Source: an uncultured cyanobacterium
GTDB taxonomy: Bacteria > Cyanobacteriota > Cyanobacteriia > Cyanobacteriales > Cyanobacteriaceae
Reading direction: 5' to 3'
NCBI GenBank assembly: GCA_963710605.1
Contig: CAVQBA010000006.1
Coordinates: 160,001 to 224,000, forward strand
DNA: 64,000 nt
The notes under the pieces are model-generated. The model was not told the origin of the DNA, did no database searches, and saw only the letters and a program-made list of their open reading frames with translations. This document shows, one piece after another, positions 10,992-22,046 of this stretch. How positions within the stretch are numbered: the stretch's first letter is position 1; every line of letters starts with the position of its first letter. The translations under genes were made by a program, and so were the position numbers.

Positions 10992-12077
10992 TTAGTTGTT
11001 TTCGGCAGAATCGATCGTTAATAACGAAGGTGATTCAAGTTGTTTTGGTTTTAGATACAAATTTTCAATCACTACCCCCACACCAGCTACCCAAGGAGGA
11101 ACAATTAACGCCCCCAGAATACCTAAAACTTGAACTCCACCTAATACTGCTAAAAGTTGATACAAAGGTGGTACTTTCACGCTAGAACCGACTAATAAAG
11201 GATCTAGTACATAAGTTTCTAGATTTTGAATAATTAAAAACAGAAGTAGTACCCAACCAAAGGTAAATCCACCTTGAGCAATAGCGACAATCAATGCCGG
11301 TACTAAACCTAAAACAGGACCAAAAAAAGGAATTAAATTAGTAATACCAGCAATTACCCCTAAACCAAGAGCAAATTCACTAATACCAATCACCCTTAAA
11401 CCAATACTGACAGTTATTCCTAAAATAAAGGAAACGAGTAATCTACCCTGAATATATTTGCCCATACGATCGCTTACAGGACCAAATTGAGCTTGAATAC
11501 GAAGATCCCACGGTGCAGGAAATAAACTAGCAAAATCTCGAATCAGTGTATGCGAGCCAGATAACATATACCCTGAAAAAATAATTGAAAGTAAACCATT
11601 AAAAAGCCCTGTGGCAATTAGTCTAGTTAAATCTAAAGAGCTTAAAATAATTCTTTGACTATAACGTGCTGTCCATGCTACCAAGACTTGTAAATCTAAC
11701 CATTTCTCCACTAAATCTAATACCTGAGGCTCGGTGATACCTACACGAAGAATTAAGGATTGAGTCAGACTATTAAGAATATCTAAATATAAAGGGAATT
11801 TTTGTAATAATTTTTGAATTTGGGTAATGACAGTTGGTCCAATTAATAATCCTGTCACAGTAGCGATCGAAATAATTGACAGATAAGTTAATATTACCCC
11901 CAGCCAACGTGGTAGATTGAGTTTTTTCTCTCCATAATCAACTATAGGAGCTAATGTAGCCGCTAACACTGCCGAAATCATTAAAACAACGATTAATGCT
12001 CTAATTTTCCACAACAAAATCACTAAAAAAAAAGTGACGGTTACTAAAGCAATATTTCTTAAAGATTTAGACATCAA
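10992..12077 (-). CDS. AI-2E family transporter
   Basis: Multi-TM; NLIPFFGP and QNLETYVLDP. Confidence 0.88.
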   Translation of the reverse strand: MMSKSLRNIALVTVTFFLVILLWKIRALIVVLMISAVLAATLAPIVDYGEKKLNLPRWLGVILTYLSIISIATVTGLLIGPTVITQIQKLLQKFPLYLDILNSLTQSLILRVGITEPQVLDLVEKWLDLQVLVAWTARYSQRIILSSLDLTRLIATGLFNGLLSIIFSGYMLSGSHTLIRDFASLFPAPWDLRIQAQFGPVSDRMGKYIQGRLLVSFILGITVSIGLRVIGISEFALGLGVIAGITNLIPFFGPVLGLVPALIVAIAQGGFTFGWVLLLFLIIQNLETYVLDPLLVGSSVKVPPLYQLLAVLGGVQVLGILGALIVPPWVAGVGVVIENLYLKPKQLESPSLLTIDSAENN

Positions 12078-12087
12078 TCTCCTGAGC

Positions 12088-12127
12088 TAATGAATAATGA
12101 ATAATGAATAATGAATAATGAATAATG
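12088..12127. repeat. STRR heptamer tandem repeat (TAATGAA)n
   Basis: About 5.5 copies; other heptamer arrays at 34119-34146 (AATTGAC), 52762-52803 (GAGTTAA) and 55578-55622 (AAGTTAA). Confidence 0.85.
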
Positions 12128-12290
12128 GAAGATTATCATTAAACTTTTGAATGTGGTGGTTATGTAAATAATGTGACAGACAAAGATAAAGAATGAACAC
12201 CTTTACAGATAAAAATCCCACAGTGAGACATTTTAACAGTCAATTACTAATAAATATATTTAATTAATATTCGTTCTTTATTTTTAACTA

Positions 12291-13004
12291 TTAACTATTA
12301 ACTTTTTCGACTGATTCTTGTATTTCCAGCGAATTTTTCTGTGAAAAGCCCCAAGTAAAAAAGCCAATAATCAAAATAATCATTAACCATTCAGGAGGAG
12401 CAAATTGTGGATAACCAACTTTAATCAGTAAACGTAAACCAACTAATGCTACGGTAATAAATCCTGCGTCTTGTAAATGAGTATATTCTTCAATCCAACG
12501 AATGAACAACTGAGCCAAAAATCGTAAGGTAATCACACCAATTGTACCTCCTGCAATAACTAACCAAACTTCATCAGCGACTGCGATTGCGGTAGTAACA
12601 CTATCAAGAGAAAATGCTAAGTCGGTAAAACCAATAATGGGTATAGTTTGCCATAGACTTGTAAAATTTAATTGTGAGCCATCGGTATTATCTTCATCTT
12701 CCGAATTAGTAAAATAACGATACGAAAGCCAAATTAAATACAATCCTCCAATCAATTCAAACTGCCAATATTTAATTACCCAAGTGGCAGTTACAATTAA
12801 AGTCATTCTCAAGACATAAGCAATTAGTAAGCCAATATTTAACGCTAAGGCTTGTTGCTTTTCGTCTTCTAAACCTTGAGCAATAGATGCTAAGGCGATC
12901 GCATTATCAGCTGATAATACGGCTTCTAATGCGACTAAAATTATTAAGATAAAAAATGTATCAAGTCCTAATTCTATCGAAGGATGTAAAATTTGCTCTA
13001 GCAT
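12291..13004 (-). CDS. TerC family membrane protein
   Basis: LEAVLSADNA and DLAFSLDSV. Confidence 0.9.
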   Translation of the reverse strand: MLEQILHPSIELGLDTFFILIILVALEAVLSADNAIALASIAQGLEDEKQQALALNIGLLIAYVLRMTLIVTATWVIKYWQFELIGGLYLIWLSYRYFTNSEDEDNTDGSQLNFTSLWQTIPIIGFTDLAFSLDSVTTAIAVADEVWLVIAGGTIGVITLRFLAQLFIRWIEEYTHLQDAGFITVALVGLRLLIKVGYPQFAPPEWLMIILIIGFFTWGFSQKNSLEIQESVEKVNS

Positions 13005-13236
13005 TGGCGATCGTTACCTTTAAAATTAATGTTAATGTAAGTTTGGTGAATTATTATGTAAATAAAAAATATCTTTATTTTGCTTTTGAGTAATGATGAA
13101 AACTATTAAAACTATTTAGGTGACAAAATATTTTGTGCGATATGATCTAATCAAGATCGTGAAAAAGATTGATTAATCTCTCAATTATCTTTTTTACTCT
13201 ACTTCTATTCTATTATTACTTAACCTGTTCCGTAAA

Positions 13237-13641
13237 ATGCTGATTCTCGGATTTGATCCTGGTCGAGATAAATGTGGTTTAGCTATCACCAAAAATAAAG
13301 TTGAAATTCTTTATCATCAAGTAATCGAAAGTAAAGATGCGATCGAGATTATCAATAATTTGATTAATCAATATCATCCTGAGAAAATAGTAATGGGTAA
13401 TCAGACTACTTCCAAGCAATGGCAAGAAAAGTTAACCCAAAATCTTAACACTTCAATCAAAATTGAATTAATCAACGAAAAAAATAGTACTGTTGAAGCA
13501 AAACAACGTTACTGGCAAATGTATCCAGCTAAAGGATTAAAGAAATTAATTCCCTTAGAAATGAGAATTCCACCACGCCCTGTAGATGATATTGTGGCAA
13601 TTTTGTTGATTGAACGTTATTACAACCAAATCAAGGATTAA
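13237..13641 (+). CDS. YqgF/RuvX-like RNase H-fold nuclease
   Basis: GFDPGRDKCGLA, NEKNSTVEA and VDDIVA. Confidence 0.85.
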   Translation: MLILGFDPGRDKCGLAITKNKVEILYHQVIESKDAIEIINNLINQYHPEKIVMGNQTTSKQWQEKLTQNLNTSIKIELINEKNSTVEAKQRYWQMYPAKGLKKLIPLEMRIPPRPVDDIVAILLIERYYNQIKD

Positions 13642-13722
13642 GTTTTCTTAAGATACACTTGTTGTAACAGTAAAAAAAAGCCAACATATGATTATTTATG
13701 TCACCCGTTTAAAATCAATCAT

Positions 13723-14691
13723 ATGTCAAATCAAAATAACGAATATATTATCTATATTCACGGAGTTTCTCAAGAAAATAATCTTCCTCATACCGAAACT
13801 TACAATCAACTTCATCAGGGTATTCAAGCAGTTTCCTCAAAAGATTTTCCTCATCGACAGACTTGGCAGGAGGCGAATCGGTGCGATGTCGAATGGGGTT
13901 GGGATCATTCTTCTATCGAAAATAATAGTAATGGCGATCGATTTTTAGCTGATGCTCAAGATCAATTTGGTGATGACATTCTACAAACCGTTAAGGATAC
14001 CAGTGATTTTACAATTCGCCCTGCTCGTCTGCTAAATCCTGAGTTACGAGATTTAATGATCAAAGGATTTTCAGATATGTTTTATTATTGTTCGTATGAT
14101 GGCAAAAATAGCGTTAGAGCAACAGTTGCTTCGCAAATCATCAAATCGATTAAACAACCATTAGCTAATAACGAGCCTATCTCTCTAACCCTAATGGGGC
14201 ATAGTGCTGGTTCGATCGTCGCATTTGATTTACTTTTCTACCTGTTTGCTCCTGATGATGTTTTAAACAAACATGAGTTTATTGAAAAAAAGAATAACAC
14301 AGAAATAATCGAAGATTTTAAGCATTTACGCACTTTAGCTCAAGCACAAAAACTACGTATTCGTCGATTAATTACCTTTGGCTCACCTATTTCTATGTTA
14401 GCTTTTCGTAGTAATGCTGTGGTTAAAATTCTCGCTGAAGGAGAAAAACTTAATCCTGACGATTATGGTTTGAACCAAAACCCAGAAATATTTGGTGAGG
14501 CTTTAGCTCAACCTCGTTGGCTTAATTTTTGGGATAAAGACGACATCATTTCTTGGCCAGTTCAACCTTTGATGCAAAATTCACCAACAATAAAAGATAT
14601 TTACCCATATGTTAGTAATAATATTGCTAAAGCTCACAATGAATATTGGGATAACGAAAAAGTTCATCAACAAATAGCTCAATATTGGTAA
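13723..14691 (+). CDS. Alpha/beta-hydrolase-fold protein
   Basis: IHGV, GHSAG nucleophile elbow, TFGSP, NFWDKDD and C-terminal AHNEYW. Confidence 0.7.
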   Translation: MSNQNNEYIIYIHGVSQENNLPHTETYNQLHQGIQAVSSKDFPHRQTWQEANRCDVEWGWDHSSIENNSNGDRFLADAQDQFGDDILQTVKDTSDFTIRPARLLNPELRDLMIKGFSDMFYYCSYDGKNSVRATVASQIIKSIKQPLANNEPISLTLMGHSAGSIVAFDLLFYLFAPDDVLNKHEFIEKKNNTEIIEDFKHLRTLAQAQKLRIRRLITFGSPISMLAFRSNAVVKILAEGEKLNPDDYGLNQNPEIFGEALAQPRWLNFWDKDDIISWPVQPLMQNSPTIKDIYPYVSNNIAKAHNEYWDNEKVHQQIAQYW

Positions 14692-14935
14692 GTTATATTA
14701 CTAACTGATGTCACGCAAAAATTATTTGAGGTATGAGGAGTTAGGGGCTTGCCGCATTCCTTGCACCGCTTCTATCCGTAATTAGCAATTATAAAAGAGG
14801 TCTATTAAGTCTATTGCAAATTTCAACTTCTAAATAGCGAACTGCGAATTCTAATCTATTTATTATTTTGTAATCCAAAAATTTGCTTTATAATGAACAA
14901 TCGACAAGATAACTATTAATTTTAAATTAATTCTG

Positions 14936-15109
14936 ATGAGCCAAGCAATTATTGTTGATAAAATTAGATCGATCGCCGACAAGAGAAAAGCATTAGTAGA
15001 ACTACTAGAAAGACCAGATATAGGTAGTTTACGTCTTGATGTTAACCAAGCACTAGAAGAATTAGACGAATTAATTGAAGAATTAAACAAAACTTTTCCT
15101 CAAATCTAG
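14936..15109 (+). CDS. Small 57-aa cyanobacterial hypothetical protein (below the ORF-track cutoff)
   Basis: MSQAIIVDKIRSIADKRKALVELLERPDIGSLRLDVNQALEELDELIEELNKTFPQI, followed by a hairpin. Confidence 0.7.
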   Translation: MSQAIIVDKIRSIADKRKALVELLERPDIGSLRLDVNQALEELDELIEELNKTFPQI

Positions 15110-15210
15110 ACCTTAAAAAAAAAGCCCATACTTAAAAAAATAGATGGGCTTCAATTATTTAATTATCAATAAAGTACGATCGTATTTTATCTGTGTGACA
15201 ATCAAAAAAA

Positions 15211-15846
15211 TTATTTATTTGGTTGAGGAGTCATACGTAAATAAGGCTTGACTTCATTAACACCTTTAGGAAATTGTTTTTTAGCATCTTCAGTCGAAAT
15301 AGAAGGCACAACTACACAATCACTGCCATCTTGCCAATTAGCAGGAGTAGCAACTTGATGATAATCAGTTAATTGTAACGAATCAATAACTCTTAAAATT
15401 TCATCAAAATTACGTCCAGTACTTGCAGGATAAGTAATAGTTAAACGTAATTTTTTGTTAGGGTCAATAATAAAAACACTTCTAACAGTCAAATTGTTCA
15501 AAGATTTAGGATGAACCATCCCATATAAATCAGCTACCTTACGATCTTCATCCGCAATAATGGGATAGTTGACGTTAGTGTTTTGAGTTTCGTTAATATC
15601 GTTAATCCAACCTTTGTGAGATTCTACACCATCCACACTTAAAGCTAATACTTTTACATTACGTTTTTCAAACTCAGGTTTCAAACTTGCCACAGTACCT
15701 AACTCAGTTGTGCAAACAGGAGTATAATCAGCAGGGTGAGAAAAAAGTACAACCCAACTGTCACCAGCCCATTTATGAAAAGAAATTTCTCCCTCACTGG
15801 TTGCTTGAGTAAAATCTGGTACTACGTCTCCTAATTGTAATGTCAT
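15211..15846 (-). CDS. 1-Cys peroxiredoxin (Prx6)
   Basis: FSHPADYTPVCTTE and YPASTGRNFDE. Confidence 0.95.
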   Translation of the reverse strand: MTLQLGDVVPDFTQATSEGEISFHKWAGDSWVVLFSHPADYTPVCTTELGTVASLKPEFEKRNVKVLALSVDGVESHKGWINDINETQNTNVNYPIIADEDRKVADLYGMVHPKSLNNLTVRSVFIIDPNKKLRLTITYPASTGRNFDEILRVIDSLQLTDYHQVATPANWQDGSDCVVVPSISTEDAKKQFPKGVNEVKPYLRMTPQPNK

Positions 15847-16313
15847 AATCTAATTTTTAGTCTTGAAAGAAAATATAGAGGTCAATCTTTATCTTGTCAT
15901 ATTAAAGGTTTGATTGTTGCATCAGCTACATTTATTGTTTTTTATCTTTACAAATCTTTACTTGATTATGTAACGAAAAACGCAGATTGACTGATAAAAT
16001 CAATAATTAATAGATACTCTAAGCACTAGCACTTAAGAGTAACCCAGACTCTTTAAAATAGTCGTTGAATACACATTTGGTTTGTCTGTACATTTTTGTT
16101 TTTTCATGAGTTATTTTTCTCATGTCTCAAATGAGTTACAGTGTGCGTACATCGTACTCAAAAATATAGTTATGTAACTATTGTTTAAATTTCAGACCAA
16201 AAAATAACTAGCGTAGATGTTTATCTATCTGCAATAGTCTCATAAAATTAATATATATCAAGATAAAGATTACATTATCACCATCAATTTTAAATCTCGG
16301 AGGTTCTACTTTA

Positions 16314-16742
16314 ATGAAATTTTGGCGTTCTCTTTTCACCTTTATGGGTGTAGTTTTATTTTCATCTTCTTTATTTTTCTCTCAACCAGCTCAAGCAGTT
16401 AACTTCACTTCTATTACTCAGGCTAGTTCTAGTATGATAGCCGTAGTTAATGAACGTCGTAATGTAGCTGATGACTTGCTAAACACTGATTTTGGACAAA
16501 AAATTGATGTTAATAACAGTGATATTCGCAATTTTCGTGAATTAAGAGGTTTTTATCCTGGATTAGCCAGTTTGATTATTCAAAATGCTCCTTATGATGA
16601 TGTTGATGGAGTATTGTCTATTCCTGGTTTGAGCGAATCACAAATTAGTAGATTACAAGCTAATATGGATAAATTTACTGCTAATCCTCCTTCGATCGTT
16701 TTTAATGAAGGAGACGAGCGTTATAATCCTGGTGTTTATTAA
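16314..16742 (+). CDS. psbU: Photosystem II extrinsic protein PsbU
   Basis: Signal peptide, KIDVNNS, RGFYPGLA, NAPY and C-terminal GDERYNPGVY. Confidence 0.93.
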   Translation: MKFWRSLFTFMGVVLFSSSLFFSQPAQAVNFTSITQASSSMIAVVNERRNVADDLLNTDFGQKIDVNNSDIRNFRELRGFYPGLASLIIQNAPYDDVDGVLSIPGLSESQISRLQANMDKFTANPPSIVFNEGDERYNPGVY

Positions 16743-16795
16743 ATCAAAATTTGAATAAGTCACTTTAGATTAAGTACTTAATTATAATAATTTTG

Positions 16796-16829
16796 AAGGA
16801 GTAACTAGTATTGCCGTTACTCCTTTTTT
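16796..16829 (+). terminator. Rho-independent terminator of psbU
   Basis: aaggagtaac...gttactcctt followed by a T run. Confidence 0.7.
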
Positions 16830-17037
16830 GTTGTCATTTAAGCTAAATCAACTTGATAGTAACAATATCTGTGAAACGATCGACTTTCAATACAGTATTT
16901 GTACTTCAATTAAACTGAATAATCATCAAACTCGACTCTAACCGTGTCCAAACAACCAATAATTGTGATCAAATAAGACAAAATAAAGTAGTCTAGCAAT
17001 TATAATTAATTTTAATTCCTAGTCATGAACTTATAAA

Positions 17038-18471
17038 ATGAGAAGACCTCTATTTTGTATTTGGCAAAAAGATATAATTGAGCAAAATCAACAAAAAAGA
17101 CAATTAGCCTTAGAAAAATTAGAATTAACATCAAATAAAGTAATTCCTATTTTTGACGAAGCAACTCAAACTGTTGCCGACGTTTTAAATTGTCCAATTG
17201 CTATGTTAGGAATAGTTTCAGTTACTCAAACAGAATATATTTTAAAGTCAGCTTATGGGCTTTCTAATTTAGGTTTGATGAACGAATTAGCTCGTACCAG
17301 AAAAGTTTCTACTCCACAATCCTTCGCAACAAACGTAATTGATAGTTGTAGTTGTTTACTAATTGACAACACCTTAAATGATAGTTTTTTTTCTCAAACT
17401 GATTTTTCTTTAATTTATGGTATCACAGCTTATATTGGTGTTCCTCTAATTACGGCTGATGGAGTTTGTATTGGTTGTTTAGAAGTGATGGATACTCAAT
17501 CACGTGAATTTAGCCCGATAGAAATTAATTATCTAACTGTTACCGCTCGTTGGTGTCTTGCTGAGTATGAAAGAAATAAACTGGTAACGACAATTGCGAC
17601 TACTAATTTAATCACTAATCAGCAATCTGTGGTCAATGATTTAAATTCAGCGGAGTTACTGCCGACTCAGAATGAAGTTGTCTCACCATCATTACCACTT
17701 CAACAAGATAGTCATAGTGATTATGATCAAGAATCATATCTGAAAAAACTGATTTTTTTATTGTTAAATAAATTAATTGGTAAACTGTCTATACCTTTGA
17801 CTTCTGTGATTGGAATGTCGAGTGTTTTAAAACGAGAAATTTACGGTAATTTAAACCCTAAACAATCAGAGTATATTGAAATTATTTATAATAGTGGGCA
17901 AGAAGTTACTAATCTAATTGATGAAATTACTCAAATTACTAATATTGAAAATGAGCTAAAGCTTGTATATGCACCAGTAGATTTAGAAAATTTAGGTAAG
18001 CAAGTAATTGCTAGCTTAGAGTCAATGGCTGACACTCAAAAGCAAAAAATGCGTTTATCTATTCAGCCGGGAAAAAAAGTATGGCGACTCGATCGAGAAA
18101 AAGTTAAAAAGACTATTTATTATCTTTTAATTAGCGTCATCCAAAGTTCTCGCACAGGGGGAGAAATTCAAATTCATATTTCTCAAAAAGGTGAGCAACT
18201 TAATATTAGTTGTCATGTTGATCATTCTTGGTTAGGAGATGGTATTTCTTTAGAAAAAGTTAACTGGTATCGAGAAATTTTGCAATATGATGAATATAAT
18301 CATTTATCGATCGAAAATAGTGTTAATCTAATCAAACACAACAATCTTGATTATGATTTAATTTGCTTATTATTTACTGCTTATTTAGCTCATATTCAAA
18401 ACGGTAATGTCAAATTACTAGGCTCGATCGAATCTGGACATCGTTTTATTCTCTCCATACCTGTTCCTTAA
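17038..18471 (+). CDS. GAF domain + degenerate histidine-kinase-like protein
   Basis: GAF (AYIGVPLITADG...DTQSREF); HisKA-like PLTSVIGM without the H-box His. Confidence 0.75.
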   Translation: MRRPLFCIWQKDIIEQNQQKRQLALEKLELTSNKVIPIFDEATQTVADVLNCPIAMLGIVSVTQTEYILKSAYGLSNLGLMNELARTRKVSTPQSFATNVIDSCSCLLIDNTLNDSFFSQTDFSLIYGITAYIGVPLITADGVCIGCLEVMDTQSREFSPIEINYLTVTARWCLAEYERNKLVTTIATTNLITNQQSVVNDLNSAELLPTQNEVVSPSLPLQQDSHSDYDQESYLKKLIFLLLNKLIGKLSIPLTSVIGMSSVLKREIYGNLNPKQSEYIEIIYNSGQEVTNLIDEITQITNIENELKLVYAPVDLENLGKQVIASLESMADTQKQKMRLSIQPGKKVWRLDREKVKKTIYYLLISVIQSSRTGGEIQIHISQKGEQLNISCHVDHSWLGDGISLEKVNWYREILQYDEYNHLSIENSVNLIKHNNLDYDLICLLFTAYLAHIQNGNVKLLGSIESGHRFILSIPVP

Positions 18472-18472
18472 A

Positions 18473-18976
18473 CTAATGAGTAAATTGTTTAATTATATTT
18501 TCGTGCTGAGGATATAATTTAATCAAACTTTCTTGTTCAGCGATCGAAAAATCATCAAAATCAAAACCGGGAGCAACAGTACAACCAATCAAACTATAAG
18601 ATTTTGGTTGGCTCACACCACAAGCAAACCAAGTTTGTTGAGGGATAACTAACTGTAAAATTTGGTTTTGATCAGGCATATTTCCTAATTTATAATAAGA
18701 ATATTTTCCTTGTTCACTAATTAAATGAACATCTAAAGCAGAGCCACTATAAAAATGAAATATTTCATCACTTTTAAGTTTATGAAAACGAGAAAAATCT
18801 TCGTCTATTAATAAATAATAAATAGCTGTACTAGCATTTCTTGAACTATCATATTTATTTAAAGAGCCATCTTGATTTACTATATCTAAACTTCGATAAG
18901 TTTCTCGATAATATCCACCCTCTGGATGTTCTTGTAAATCTAGTTTTTTGACCCAATCTTTACCTGTTAAATTCAT
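18473..18976 (-). CDS. DUF985 cupin protein
   Basis: HPEGGYYRET, FHKLKSDEIFHFY and CTVAPGFDF; probable ATG at 18976. Confidence 0.9.
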   Translation of the reverse strand: MNLTGKDWVKKLDLQEHPEGGYYRETYRSLDIVNQDGSLNKYDSSRNASTAIYYLLIDEDFSRFHKLKSDEIFHFYSGSALDVHLISEQGKYSYYKLGNMPDQNQILQLVIPQQTWFACGVSQPKSYSLIGCTVAPGFDFDDFSIAEQESLIKLYPQHENIIKQFTH

Positions 18977-19161
18977 TTTCTTTTCTACTAAATATGATAA
19001 TTTGTGCAAAAATACCGAAGTGATATTGGTAGTATAGCTAATCACTGACAGTTAATAGTATAGATTATCAATTATCGTGACTGTGGACATTCTCTGTGCC
19101 TCTGTCGCATTACTAGCGGGCTTCTGTCCGCAATTATCAATTATCAATTATTAATTATTGT

Positions 19162-20136
19162 ATGCCTATTTATTTGTATTGGGGTGATGACAATTTTGTT
19201 ATTAATCAACAAGTCAGTAACCTAAAAAAAGAAAACTTAGATAGTAACTGGCTACAATTCAATTTCCAAAAATTTTCTGGAGATAAAGCTGAGTATATTG
19301 AAGAGGCTTTAATCGAAGTAATGACTGCTCCTTTTGGTAGTGGCAATCGATTAGTATTAATAGAAAATACAACCATATTTACTCAATGTAGTGAAGACTT
19401 GTTGATACAGTTACAAAAAACTTTACCACAAATTCCTGCGACAACTCATTTATTGTTTATTAGTAATAAAAAACCGAATAATAGATTAAAAAGTAGTAAA
19501 TTATTAACTAGTCAACAAGCCGAAATAAAAGAGTTTAGTTTAACCCCTCCTTGGCAAACTGATATTTTAGTGAAAAAAGTAGCTAATTCATGTCAAGAAA
19601 AAGGAATTAAAATTAACACTGAAGCGATCGAAGTCTTAGCTAATTGTGTCGGAAACGATAGTCTTTTATTATGGCAAGAAATAGAAAAATTAGCAATTTA
19701 TCAAGGAGAAAAAAGTCAACCTTTAGATAGCGAAATAATTAAAGAATTAGTTAATTCTAGTAACCAAAATAGTTTGCAATTAGCTAAAGAAATTTTAAAT
19801 AATAATGTTGCTAATGCTTTACAAATAGCTACAGATTTAATTAATATGAATGAGCCTGCATTGAGGATAGTTGCAACCTTAGTCGGGCAATTTAGAACAT
19901 GGACAATCGTTAAAAATATGATCGAAATAGGAGAAAAAGACGAGCAAAAAATAGCTAAAATAGCTGATATTTATAATCCTAAAAGAATTTATTTTCTCAA
20001 AAAAGAAGTCAATCGCAAAACAGTAAAGCAATTAAATAAAAGCTTACCAATCTTGCTAGAATTAGAATCTAGTTTAAAATTAGGAGCTGAACCTTTAACT
20101 ACTTTAAAAACTAAAATAATCGAATTGTGTCAGTAA
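19162..20136 (+). CDS. holA: DNA polymerase III delta subunit
   Basis: MPIYLYWGDD, TAPFGSG and EPALRIVATLVGQFR. Confidence 0.9.
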   Translation: MPIYLYWGDDNFVINQQVSNLKKENLDSNWLQFNFQKFSGDKAEYIEEALIEVMTAPFGSGNRLVLIENTTIFTQCSEDLLIQLQKTLPQIPATTHLLFISNKKPNNRLKSSKLLTSQQAEIKEFSLTPPWQTDILVKKVANSCQEKGIKINTEAIEVLANCVGNDSLLLWQEIEKLAIYQGEKSQPLDSEIIKELVNSSNQNSLQLAKEILNNNVANALQIATDLINMNEPALRIVATLVGQFRTWTIVKNMIEIGEKDEQKIAKIADIYNPKRIYFLKKEVNRKTVKQLNKSLPILLELESSLKLGAEPLTTLKTKIIELCQ

Positions 20137-20364
20137 TAAAAATAGTAATAGTAGTGGTATTTTCACCGTAGTTTGAGACATTATTAATTAAAATAACTAT
20201 TAACTATTATGCCCACCCTGAAATAAATTTCAAGGCTAATCGATTACGTTCAATAAATTGAACTCAAATTTAAAAGTGCGAAAATTGTCTCATCGTTATT
20301 TTAAACGACTATAAATTATTATTCATGCTTCATTCCTCATTACTCATCTTTCCTTTATTACTCC

Positions 20365-21441
20365 TTACTCATTCTTCATGGGTTTTTCCGAGGCAAAATA
20401 ATTTAATTGAGTAGGATAAGCAAACTCTATATTATGCTGAGTAAACGCATTTTTAATCGCTAAATTAACTTTATGTTTAGCTTGACGATATTTTTTTAAC
20501 TCATTACTATGTACATAAAAAATAACTTCAAAATCCAGACTAAAATCACCGTAACTAGAAAAATAAGCAATATCAAGAGTTATAATATTTATGTCTTTTA
20601 AAGCATACTTAATAATCTCAGGAATTTCTTCTAACAACTCATGTGGAGTTTGATAAATAACTCCGATTGTTAAAATTACCTGCCTTCTTTGCATACGCTT
20701 AAAATTACGTAATCTAGAGTTAGTTAAATCCGTATTTGCTAGAATAATTTGCTCTCCTGTTAAGGCTTTTATCCTTGTAGTTTTAATCCCAATATGTTCT
20801 ACATAACCGACAAAATCATCAACCGAAACTAAATCATATATTTCAAAAGGACAATCGAATAAAATAGCAAAATAACTAAACAAGTCTTGTAGAATACCTT
20901 GAGAAGCTAAAGCAATTGCCACACCACCAATACCTAAACCTGCTACTATCGCCCCGACATCCAAACCTAAATTACTTAATATAAATATAGTAGCTAAAGT
21001 CCAAATCATAACTCTTAAAGCAGGGAATAGAGCATTGATTTTACTTTCAATATTTTGATCAGATAACTGATATTTTGTGCTATAAAAAGAAATACTAATC
21101 CGAGAAATATCAACCAATAATTGAGCCACATAAAAAGTAGTCGCCAAAATCAAAATCGTTTTAGTCGTTGTTAAAACTGTCGGGTGTAAATTGATTTCTT
21201 TGACTGTCAGATAAAATAAACCAAAGTAACTAATCGGCAAAAAATATTGATTTAAAAGCTCAATAAAAGTAGTTGTAAGAATATGCTCATTGTGATCACT
21301 AATTTTTCTTAGCTGGCGAAAGATAAATTTTTTGATGAAGTCAAGAAAAAAATAACCGAAAACCAAAATAAATGAAGAGATAATTATATCTTTAACAAGG
21401 CTAGGTAAATTGGTAATTAAATCAATGACAGGTTGCCACAT
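20365..21441 (-). CDS. MscS family mechanosensitive channel
   Basis: AGLGIGGVAIALA, IGIKTTRI and IEFAYPT. Confidence 0.92.
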   Translation of the reverse strand: MWQPVIDLITNLPSLVKDIIISSFILVFGYFFLDFIKKFIFRQLRKISDHNEHILTTTFIELLNQYFLPISYFGLFYLTVKEINLHPTVLTTTKTILILATTFYVAQLLVDISRISISFYSTKYQLSDQNIESKINALFPALRVMIWTLATIFILSNLGLDVGAIVAGLGIGGVAIALASQGILQDLFSYFAILFDCPFEIYDLVSVDDFVGYVEHIGIKTTRIKALTGEQIILANTDLTNSRLRNFKRMQRRQVILTIGVIYQTPHELLEEIPEIIKYALKDINIITLDIAYFSSYGDFSLDFEVIFYVHSNELKKYRQAKHKVNLAIKNAFTQHNIEFAYPTQLNYFASEKPMKNE

Positions 21442-21806
21442 AAGTATAAATGCAAGATTGATAAGACGTTTTGAATAATGAGAGTGCTTTGTTTATGTTT
21501 TACTCTTAATATTCCTTCACCTAGTTTAGAGTAATTACTCTTGTTTTATCGCCAATAAAAAAACTCATTCGATCGTATAATGACTTTGATAATGATTGTT
21601 CTCAGTATAGTCTTTGTGTGACTACAAAACTTAGTTTGATAAAAATATTGTCTAATTCTCAATTATCTCAATTATTAGAGTAAAGTAATGACTAACTTTG
21701 GATATCATTTGGTAATTTTTACTGAATTGAATATAATTTATTCTTTATGTTTAATATTTCCAATATTGTGTCATCGATGATTATTTCTTCAATAACAGGG
21801 GCGGAG

Positions 21807-22046
21807 TTATTAACTAAAACGGTGACGGTAGCTTGATTAGAAAGATTACCATCGTTATCTTCTACAGTATAGGTAAATCGATCGAGTCCTACAAACTCGC
21901 TATTAGGTTGATAGTCAACTATGCCTTGTGAATTAACTGTGATAACGCCGTTACTAGGTTGGCTCGTTATTTGTAAGCTATTAGGTATTAATGTACCATC
22001 ACGATCGCTATCATTGGCTAAGACATCGATGGCGATATTTTCTCCT
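21807..22046. repeat. 240-bp direct repeat, copy 1 (Ig-like domain)
   Basis: Closely matches 24213-24453. Confidence 0.85.

Noticed and set aside
21586-21606. Fur-box-like GATAATGATTGTTCTCA upstream of the MscS gene
   Set aside because: Partial match in very AT-rich DNA with no iron-related target.
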